Shown piece by piece: positions 17,988-28,100 of a DNA stretch of 64,000 bases. The notes below the pieces were generated by a model. It was not told where the DNA came from and did not search any database. It saw only the letters and a program-made list of their open reading frames with translations. The stretch is from an uncultured Nitrosomonas sp. (GTDB taxonomy: Bacteria > Pseudomonadota > Gammaproteobacteria > Burkholderiales > Nitrosomonadaceae), in assembly GCA_964464365.1 (NCBI GenBank), contig CAYXFV010000003.1, forward strand, positions 4,477 through 68,476. The letters are read 5' to 3'. Position numbers and translations under genes: made by a program. The first letter of the stretch is position 1. Every line of letters begins with the position of its first letter.

Positions 17988-19232
17988 TTATTGCCAGTGA
18001 TGCGGCATGGCGAAATAGCCTTGCAGGCGACCTTCTTGTTGCACAGAAATTTTGGCGACATCGCGAACCGAGTCAAAAAGATGCAGACCAAGATTACATA
18101 ATAATAATACGCTAATGAAATAATCACCCTTTAATAGAGGTGGTTGGTTAAAAGTGAGACTGACCTCTCCAGTGCCATCAATGCTGCGTTGTAACGCAAA
18201 ATCATCTTCCCAGTTTGCGGCGCTTGATATGACGCGACCATCCATGGCGTGAAGGGTTATAGCCACGGTCGGGCATGGTAGTGTGATATCGGATACAAAT
18301 ATAACCTGTATGGTAATATTTGATTTTTTACTCATAACTACCGCTTCCTTATGGCTAATGCCGTCAACGGTTACAGTAATTTTTTTCAGATGTGCGTTGC
18401 CTTGTGTAGTAAATTGATCTGCTGGTTCAACAGCTGTTTCCTCTGTGCTGATAGCGGCTTCATTATCAACGAGCGTGTTTTTGTCGAGAAAACCCTGGTA
18501 GGCTGCAACCACCTTGGCGGAAGGCCCGTCTTGCATGATTTTACCTTTATCGATCCAGATAGCGCGCGCGCATAAAGTTTCAACCTGATATAACGAATGA
18601 GAGCAGAATAAAATGGTTTTGCCAGCATCACGCATTTGCATGATGCGATTAAAGGATTTGTGCGCAAATGCGCCGTCTCCGACAGACAATGCTTCGTCGA
18701 TCACCAGAATTTCGGGGTCGACATTAATGGCAACTGAAAATGCGAGTCGTACATACATGCCGCTGGAATAAATTTTAACCGGCTGATCGATAAAATCGCG
18801 GATACCGGAAAATTCAATAATATGCTCGAGCCGGTCTTCAATTTCGGAAGAACTGAATCCCAGAATTGCGGCGCTCATGTAGATGTTTTCACGCCCGGTA
18901 AATTCGGGATTGAAACCGGCACCAAGTTCCAGTAGTGCGGCGATGCGTCCGTTGACTTGTAGTGATCCGCTGGTAGGCGTAAGCGTGCCGCAGATCAGTT
19001 GCAGCAGCGTCGATTTTCCAGAGCCGTTTTGCCCGACAATACCGACGACCTCGCCATGTGTGACGGTTAGGTCAATGTTTTGCAGCGCCCACAGTTCTCG
19101 GAAGAATGTTCGCTTACCACGCCACAGGAATTGCTTGAGCCGGTCGCGCGGATGACTGTAAAGTTGATAGCATTTGGAGAGACCTGTTGCATGAATCGCG
19201 AACATGGAATCTGGTTTAGAGGACATCGGCAA
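17988..19232 (-). CDS. wzt: Polysaccharide ABC exporter ATP-binding subunit with C-terminal Wzt_C domain
   Basis: Walker A GQNGSGKST, signature YSSGMYVRLAF, Walker B ILVIDEALSVGD; about 170-aa C-terminal extension. Confidence 0.92.
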   Translation of the reverse strand: MPMSSKPDSMFAIHATGLSKCYQLYSHPRDRLKQFLWRGKRTFFRELWALQNIDLTVTHGEVVGIVGQNGSGKSTLLQLICGTLTPTSGSLQVNGRIAALLELGAGFNPEFTGRENIYMSAAILGFSSSEIEDRLEHIIEFSGIRDFIDQPVKIYSSGMYVRLAFSVAINVDPEILVIDEALSVGDGAFAHKSFNRIMQMRDAGKTILFCSHSLYQVETLCARAIWIDKGKIMQDGPSAKVVAAYQGFLDKNTLVDNEAAISTEETAVEPADQFTTQGNAHLKKITVTVDGISHKEAVVMSKKSNITIQVIFVSDITLPCPTVAITLHAMDGRVISSAANWEDDFALQRSIDGTGEVSLTFNQPPLLKGDYFISVLLLCNLGLHLFDSVRDVAKISVQQEGRLQGYFAMPHHWQ

Positions 19233-20082
19233 ATCCCTTGCGCGTTTTTTCGAACCACAACAACCCGGCCCATGCCGTCAGAATACCCACAGCATAATAG
19301 ATAGCCATCCCCGTCCATTCCGGTGTCTGTCCGAGCAGAATGACTGCGCGTGACTGCTCAATAATGAACGTCAGCGGATTCAGAAACAGATAATCGCGAA
19401 TAGGTTCCGGTAGCGCCGAAACAGGATAGAAGATGGGGCTCATGAAGAGTAGCATGGTCAGAATCAGACCGATAAACTGCGTGATATCGCGGATAAAAAC
19501 GCCAATCGAAGCGAGCAGCCAGGATAGTCCCATGATCAATAGCAGAAAAGGCAGCAGCACGACGGGCAACAGCAGAACCGTCCAGGAAATCGTCTGGCCG
19601 GCGGCCAGTAAAAAAACGAATAAAACGCAATAGCTGATAGCGGCATGAAAAAGCGCCGCACCAAGCGTGATCCAAGGTAGAATTTCCAGCGGAAAGATAA
19701 TGCGCTTGACATAGTTGACATTATTCAGAATCTGTGTAGGCGCGCGTGACAGGCACTCTGAAAATAGATTGAATACGATCAAACCGGCGAAAAGCAGCAG
19801 CGCGAACTCAAACTTGCTATCAATGCCGCCGGCCTGATCCATACGTACTTTAAAAACAACGCTGAAAACAAAAGTGTAAATGGCCAGCATCAGCATGGGG
19901 GTTACCAATGACCACAACAGTCCGAGCAAAGACCCGCGATAACGACCGATCACCTCGCGTTTGATCATGTGTAGCACAAGCTGGTGTTGTTTTTTTAGGC
20001 AGAGAAAAATATCGTAAACCGGGATGATTTTAGAGAATCGCAATTCAATTGAGAAATTATAATTATAAATCAGCAGATCCAA
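19216..20082 (-). CDS. wzm: Polysaccharide ABC exporter permease (true start may be further downstream, e.g. TTG at 20043)
   Basis: REVIGRYRGSLLGLLWSLVTP, NYVKRIIFPLEILP, FMSPIFYP and NPLTFIIE motifs; overlaps the wzt start. Confidence 0.92.
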   Translation of the reverse strand: MDLLIYNYNFSIELRFSKIIPVYDIFLCLKKQHQLVLHMIKREVIGRYRGSLLGLLWSLVTPMLMLAIYTFVFSVVFKVRMDQAGGIDSKFEFALLLFAGLIVFNLFSECLSRAPTQILNNVNYVKRIIFPLEILPWITLGAALFHAAISYCVLFVFLLAAGQTISWTVLLLPVVLLPFLLLIMGLSWLLASIGVFIRDITQFIGLILTMLLFMSPIFYPVSALPEPIRDYLFLNPLTFIIEQSRAVILLGQTPEWTGMAIYYAVGILTAWAGLLWFEKTRKGFADVL

Positions 20083-20270
20083 TTATCTCAGATTTTGCGT
20101 GGTTTTTTAAAGATAATTTGTTATTGGTTTGTGTCACAATATCCATAAACGGCACCAGCGAAGATTCAGCGCAAAAACAATCTACTGTCTGACGAAAAGT
20201 GACTTTGGAATAATCTGACCAAGTAGGATTAAAATCCCCAAGAAACTTAAAAAACCTGACTAAAGCCCTA

Positions 20271-20994
20271 TCATGGGATCTGAACGGCGGCGAGAAAGGA
20301 AGCGGTATTTGTGGCGTATCTTGTAGTAATACCGCGCCATCTTTTCAGGTGCAGGAAAGCATTTTCGATCAGATGCCGGGTCTTATACAGCTTTTCATCA
20401 TACGGCCTTTGAACACTACGGTTTTTCTTCGGCGGGTTACAGGTTCCATGCCCTGAGCTTTTGCCTGATTAATAATAGCATTGCTGTCATAACCTCTGTC
20501 CGCAATCAATCTAATCAGCATAAAATCCATCGATCAGGCGGCCAGTCTGTGTGCAATCCGCTCCGGTACCTTTCGGGATAATAATTCTGAGCGGCATACC
20601 ACGCGCATCTACGGTCAGATGTATCTTGCTATTGAGCCCTTTTTTGTACGGCTCATGTCCTGATTGCCACCTTTTGCGCCTGCCGTATGCTGATGCACTT
20701 TGCAATGGCTCGCATCAATGTAATCCGGTTCGTCAATCAATACTTCCAGCAATTCTCCCATACCCCCTTATCGCGCCAGCGGATAAAACAACGGTGGTAT
20801 TGCTCCAATCTCCATAATCCTGCGACAGGCCACACCATAGCACACCCGTGCGGATAATCCAGAAAACCGTATTAATGAACTGACGATTATCTCTTGCTAT
20901 ACCACTCCCACCCACCTTCGCGCCCAGGCAAATGGGGTTCCAGTAATTCCCAAACCTTATCCGATATATCGTGTCTACGATGGGTTTGCGTCAT
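20271..20994 (-). mobile_element. Degenerate IS5-family transposase pseudogene (multiple frameshifts and stops)
   Basis: Stitched frames give MTQTHRRHDISDKVWELLEPHLPG / ARDNRQFINTVFWIIRTG / RWRDKGVWE..L.VLIDEPDYIDASHCKVH / KGLNSKIHLTVDARGMP / RYATNTASFLAAVQI, an IS5-type DDE transposase. Confidence 0.85.
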
Positions 20995-21166
20995 ATAAAA
21001 TCCTCTTTTCTCCTATAGAATCTCATATTTCATATCCCCTATCTTATGACTACATTATTTAAAAGGTTGATACAGATTTCGCTAAAACTATAATAAAGGT
21101 TTTATTTCGCCGAAATCATAGTAAAATGATATAGTAGATCAAAAATGTTCTGCTAAAATTATCAAC

Positions 21167-21903
21167 TTATTTTATGGCTTGTTGTAAATGTACAACAAGC
21201 CGATTTGCTGAGTTGGGGTTTTTACTTGCAAACCAGTTCTTATTTGTGCAGAATTCAGTGTAACTTGGTTTTTGGCCGGTTGTTGGAAGACTTGATGTTA
21301 TCGAAGTGTTCTTGCAATTAAAGTGGCCAAAAAACAACGTGATTGATTGAAAAGAGTGAAAAGCTTGCAAATGATTCGCTAAAGCTCTGTATTTTGATGT
21401 TTTTATTTCTTCAGGGGAGTATTCATGGCATGGATAACGCGCAACCAAACTACTCAAAGTTGCTGCAGAACTTTTTAACGCGGAGGCGGGGCAGCGATAT
21501 CTGCTGCAACTGGCTATTGAAGTTAGCACTGTTTTTTCAACTTGGCATTTGGCAAAGGCATGTATCACAAAGTCTGTTTTTTCACAGATTTTGTTGAGCG
21601 CTGCCAGTCCAGCAGTAAATACCGAGCAGTAAATACCGTTATGCTGAATAGAAATTTTGGATTGATAGCAAAGGTATTGTCGGCTATGTCGTCACCGGAA
21701 ACTGAGTGTCCTGTTCTCAAATGAAGAGTGGTGTGAATTTCGGTGTTGTCAATACGGTTGAGTTTCTGTTGTGTGGCAATCTGCCGGAAGAAATTGCCGC
21801 AACAATTAGGCTGCTGAAAATAAAGCGATTGTTTTAAGTGTGTATTTATGGAATTGAGTATGGGGTTGATATCTTCTTTGCAGGAAAGGTGGATAATAGT
21901 GGA
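21167..21903 (-). pseudogene. Possible degenerate ORF interrupted by a 14-bp tandem duplication
   Basis: agcagtaaataccg occurs twice in tandem at 21611-21638. Removing one copy joins the open frame starting at 21903 to ORF 21167..21568. No family recognised. Confidence 0.3.
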
Positions 21904-22112
21904 TTATCTAGCCCGGTTAAACTCTGATTCGTCATACTTACGTAAAATGCCAATAATCTGGTTGCCAATGTCGAATCATAAAGCAGCACAGGATCGGACG
22001 GCGGATGAAGATACTGGTGTTGTGTTGTAATGCTTTTCTAGTTCAATGATTTCTTGGCATATAGGTTTCTAATCGAAGTTTTTTTAATTCTTTTTAAAAG
22101 GAAGTACATGTT

Positions 22113-25100
22113 ATGGCTACTAACGCTGAAAAAAGTGCAATGCTCAAGCTGGTGGTGGGATTGTTTGATGCTGCGCCGGGTGAAGGAAATTTAACTAATC
22201 TACTGGGGGGGCTCGACTTTGGAATGTCTTTCTCTGAAATTGCAGACATTCTGGTTACTGTGCCCGAATTTAGAAACGGCGTAATCGGCACGAAAGCAAA
22301 TTCTCAGCAAGTCGCAGAGATAATGAGTCATTTTGGATTGGTTTATGCTGAAACGCCTGATGCATCAACTGCATCAGGCCAGGCGCAATCGTATTTTTCT
22401 GCCAGACTGGCTGCCGGAGATAACTGGGGTGAGATCATGGTGGATGCGATCTTATTTTTATCACTCCCTTCCACAGCTGCCGACCCACTTTTTGCGGATA
22501 CGGTCAACCTGATTAACAATAAGGCTTTGGTGGCTGGCATTTTCTCGGATGCAAACGCTGCGCCGTATTTGTCTCCGCTTAATCTGATCTACGATGTTAA
22601 GTTCCTGCAGGCAGTTCTACATGGTGTGACAGCGCAAGAGCCTTCTACTCCGCAGGATGCAGTGCAATTTTTGCTCCAAAAAGGATTTGGTGGTACTCCG
22701 GGCACGGTTTTTAATCTTGTTTCTGAATCAGCGGCAGGTGCGGATGTCATGCGTATTACGGGTGATCAGGCGCTGCGCATTGACTTTACAGATCCTAGTA
22801 ATCAGATCAAGGGGCGTGATCTGAACGGCAATGGTAGGATTGAGGCGAATGGAATAGAAAACGCTATAACCGGCGTAGCCGCTGATTTTGAAATCGTCGA
22901 CGCTTATAGCCGCAATAAACTTAATGAGCGCGATCTTCTCAACAATTTCCTGGGCGATATCGCCTATGATGGAACCGGATTCGATGGCGATGGCGTCCAT
23001 ACTGATGGCAACATCTTCCTGGGTGGATTGGGGGCTGACACCGCCTTGGGTGGGATCGGCAATGATTTTATGGCCGGCGGTGGCGTAGCGCAGGCACGCA
23101 CCCAGCGTGCACTGGAAGAATGGCTGGCGCTTGGTAATTCCTCAACCACGTTCGCGTTACCGACCGACAATTTGTTTGGTGGCCGTAACGCAGATTTCTT
23201 CTTCGGTGAGATCTCACAACTGGATAATACCGATGGTAATCAGCTTTTCATTGATGGCGGATCCACATCCGACGATGCGGCTGTCGGCAACAACACCCCG
23301 CAAGATAGCGACTGGCTGTTGATCGAAGTATCCGATGATGAGGATGGCACCGTCATCAACTTGGGTGGTGAGCATTATGGATTTCACCCATTGAATGTCG
23401 GAGAACAGGGGCAATATGTACAATCCGGCACGGGTGGCAGCGGAATCGTCATGCGTGAGATTGAGCATGTCGATGCTTCTGGCAATCTGTATGGTTTTCT
23501 GGATGATATTGATGTTGCGCTCGGCGGCAATGGGCGACGTACAGCGAATGGAGAAAACGTTGGTATCGGGTCGACCGCGCAGCTACACATCATTGGTTCC
23601 GAAGCAAATAATATTATCATCGGTGGTTTTGATAATGATCTCATCGAAGGTGGATACGGCAATGATCTGCTATTTGGTGGTAACCTCAATTACAACAACA
23701 ATCCAAATCTGCTCAACATTCCGAACAACGGCCGTGATGAGCTGATCGGTGGTGATGGTGATGATCATCTTGTATGGGAAGCCGATGGCGGTATCTATGA
23801 AGGCGGAAATGTGCCGGATGTGGATGATTCGGGGATTGATACCTTGTGGTTAACACACAATGCGCTCGGTAATCGTGCGCTGAATGATCTGACTAATGAT
23901 GGTGTATTACGTTTCGATCTTGGTGTGGGTAAAGTCGGTGGCTTGGAAAATTATGCGGGTTATGGTGGGGCGGATAAAGCGCCATCGTCATCTGCAAGTC
24001 AATTTGCCGGGCTTTATACGAGTGATCAGACTAATTACAAGGATGGCGTGCTGCGCAGCCAAGTGCAGGATACGGAAAATGTCATTGCCACAGGTTTGGG
24101 TGCTGTCGACTATCGTGCGGCAGGTAGCAATGATCCTGAGTTAGCATTTAACAATATTCAAAATCACTTTGCTTATGAAGGCGATCTCGACCTGCGCGGC
24201 ACAACAGGCGTTAATGTTTTGTATGCGAGCAGTGGGGACGATACGATCGAAGGCCGTGAAGGCGGTACACTGACTACCGATGCCAATGGCAATATCAAAA
24301 AAGGTGGTGATAACCGCGATAAATTATCCGGTGGCACAGGGAATGATGATTTCATCTTTGCGATTGGCGATGCCTACCAAGATGGTGTTGATGTCATTCA
24401 CCGCCAAAAAGACGCGGACAACGATAATCTCTGGGATACCGATGCTCAAGGCAACTATCTTTACAGTCAGGATTTTGGTCTGGATTCGGAGGCTACTGCT
24501 GGTTCTTCAGTCTTGCAGATTCGGATTGTCAAGGTAGGAGGCAATGCACCGGGTGATGAGCTGAGTGATGTTGTTAACTTTGTTTCAGAAATTACAACCG
24601 GCTACAGGGATAACGGCGAATTTATCCCCGTTACACTTAGCACTGATGCCATCAAAGCCGCTACGACTTATGCTGAGTTGACCAGCGCGCTCAATGACGC
24701 TCTGGATGCAATACCGGGCGCTGAGGCCCTCGACGCCACGCTGCAGCCCGACGGCGTGACGATATTCATTACTGACGGCCAGGGGCGTGACCTCGCAGAT
24801 AGTACAACGGAAGTTCCGGGGGCGGGTGTGTTGATTAATCAGAAGGCTAATACGCAAACCGAAAACCTGTTCATGTTTGGCGAGCCGGATATAACAATCA
24901 CTCAAGACCGCTTGCTTTACGTGGCTTATGAAGATCGCGCGGACGCGGAACGTGTCGATGATGATTCGATCTTAGGCTCCACTATTTCATTAGGTGCACG
25001 CAATTACGCGCAGGATCTGGTGATTGATTTTGCCGCTGATGGCACGCGCATCGCGGAAAGCCAACAATATGAGTTGAAATTTGGGAACTTGACGACGCAG

Positions 25101-28100
25101 GATATAGTGACGATCCATGTCAACGGTGTCGAATTCACGCTGCAAGTCGGAGTGGATCTCGATGGGAATATCGTTGCTAACGAAGATTCAACAACAACCA
25201 GTCAGGCAAATATACAAACCAATTTCCTGGCGCGTTTCGAAACATTCATTAATTCGTTCAACGACCGCAATACAGCGGCAGGGCAAGTTGCCGCAAGCCA
25301 CGCTGGCGATACACTGACACTGACGCAAGCCGACTACAACGGTGAAGAAACAGTATTCATGCGTACACCGACCGTTACGTTGCAAAACCTGTCCGGTGGC
25401 GAACCTGCTTCAGTTGAAGTGCTCAATAATTCAAGTCATGAGGTACATTTGCTGGACTTCGATGGACGCGACAATCGGCTTAACGATACCAACGTGCTGT
25501 TCCTCGGCGGTGAGAACATTAATCGCGCCATACTGGAAACCGCAAGTGATGCGGGCGGTCAATTAAGTGGATCGAATGCCATTCTGATTGACGGTGGTGC
25601 AAACGATTTGTCTGACGCTGTCTTGGGCTCTTCCCTTGTGGCAATCAATAATACGGCAACTAACCCATTCCTGGCATTGAATTTTTCAGTGCATGGCGAT
25701 GATTTGCTGATTGGCGGTAATGGAGACGATATCATCACCGGTGGCACGGGTGACGATCGTGTCATCGGTTCACGCGGTAATGATACGGCGGATGGTGGCA
25801 AGAACTACTATGCCGTTCAGGTGCTCGGCGAAACGCAGGCGCGCGTGTATGAATTGAACGCTTGGGAAGCTTCCTCGGTGGCCAATCTGAAATCCGTCCT
25901 GCCGGAGCTGGCGAGTAATACCATTTCCTCAATTACGGTCATTAATCAGGCGGAAAGTGGTTTTGGCACAGTCAGTGGGGTATTCAGCGACACGCTGCAA
26001 TTCCAGCAGGCCGATTTTAGCTCCAATGCACGCTTTACTATTGTACTGGATGATTTTGCCACCAGTGGTGCAGGTATCGGCGGCGTTGTGCAATTTAAAA
26101 ATGATGGCGCAGGTAAAGTGTTTACCGATGAAGATGGTGATGGTGTCAATGACCACACCACAACCTTCACCAACTTCGAAAACATCCGTACTGTTTCCGG
26201 CACAGGGAAAGCCAATGCAGCAGGTGGTCAGGGCCGCGATACGCTGGACATATCCGCATTGTCCTCTTCGGAAGCAACCGGCGGCGTATCTTACAACCTG
26301 ACCAATGATGGTGGGCAGGGTGAAGTACGGATCAGTGAAGATGCAACCACCTCTCCAGCACCTGTTCCAGGTGATTATGAAATTCTGGCAATTCGCGTTG
26401 ATGGTGTTGAAAATGTCACATCTGGCACTGGCAATGACTTGCTGCTGATCGACGAAACCGAAGCTGACAAAGACAATGTATTCAGTGCTAATTTGGGTAC
26501 TGATCGCATTATCTACCGTAATGAATTTGATCCTGTGTTCGCTAACGACACGATTGCGCAACCGACTGTCAATATCAAAGTCAACAGTGCAACTGACACC
26601 GACACCGTCACCATGACAGAAGGGCGCAATGGTACCGTGCTGGCAACTGATACATTGATCAGCGTCGAGCGGATCTCACTGGAAAATGGTACAGCTGAAG
26701 GCAGTCGTGAGAATGACGTACTTGACGTTACCACGATGGCATCTGGCGCCGTAGTCGATTTCACTAATGGTGAAGTCCGTACCGGTATCGTGCCTGGCGA
26801 TGGTGTGCAAGTGATCATTGATGGCATGGCACGCTTGGAGAATGTTTGGGCCGATGGTAACGATACAGTGATTGTCGCTAGTTCCGGCGCAATGAGTGGC
26901 GCGAATGCAACTTCGGATGTACTGCTGGATACGAAAGACATCACCTTCAGTCATTTCCGTGATTTCGATGTGCTGGGTAACAATAATCAGCGTAAATCAT
27001 TTGAAACGCTGGCTACGGGTGAAATCACCGACATAATCAATGAAGGTCAGTACACATTTGATCTGAGCAAAACAGGGGGCGGCAATGATGTCGATACGGT
27101 TGACTACAGCCATGCGACTGACAATATTGCTGTCGTAGTGCGGCCAGACAGCGAAGTCAAGCAGTTCGTGATCGTCGATACCGGTGGTTTTGGTGATAAA
27201 GCTGCACAACTTCATGATCGTGTCGATGTACTGATTGACGTTGAACAAGTGGTAGCATCGCAAGGCGAATCCGTACTTGACTTCACCAGCATGACGGCAG
27301 GCACGGAAATCCGTTTCAACAAACCTGAAGCGGCCGATCAGGTTGCGGCGCTTGACCGGGATGTCTCACGTGTCAACATCATTGATATTGCATCGCTCAA
27401 TCCACTGCAACGTACCTTCCTCGAATACCGGGATGCGGGGCTGGATGCTACAGTCACTCAGGCGACAGCAACGTGGAATCGAATTGAGGGCAGTGATCAT
27501 GCCGAGCGCGTCGTCATGGCAAGCGTGCAATCGACCGAGAATTTTGCAGCCAATCTGCGTGGTGGTGCGAATGAGATTAAGTACAACGAATTGTCACGTT
27601 CGATCACAAGCGTATTGAGCGCAGACGAGTTTGATGCGGGTAATCCATTGACAACGGGTTTGATCACATTGACTACAGTGTTCCAAGATGGTGATGGAAA
27701 TCCATTGCCGGGTTCAGGAACACATACCGTTACCAGCTATTCGGCTGATAATGAAATCGCGTCAGGAGCGCTGCGTGTCGCTGCATCGCAGGATGCTGAA
27801 GACACGTTAGAGGTGGCAGGCGTGAGCAGTAAGTTGTTTATCCTTGCCGAACAGGGTACTACAGATAATCAGATCACAGTGAAACTCGGTTCCGGTGCTG
27901 CACAAAATTCAGTCATATTGACTGGATATGAGTTCTTGCAGGATGCAGCTTCTAACGATATGTATGATATGGGTTCACTTTCATCGGTATTGGCGGGGCT
28001 TGACTTGCTGGATAACGGCGCAGATGATCATGACGGTATCAAAGTCAGAAACGATGCTGTTGGTTTTAATGGCGCGGGTGCGAGCACGATTGGTTTGAAT

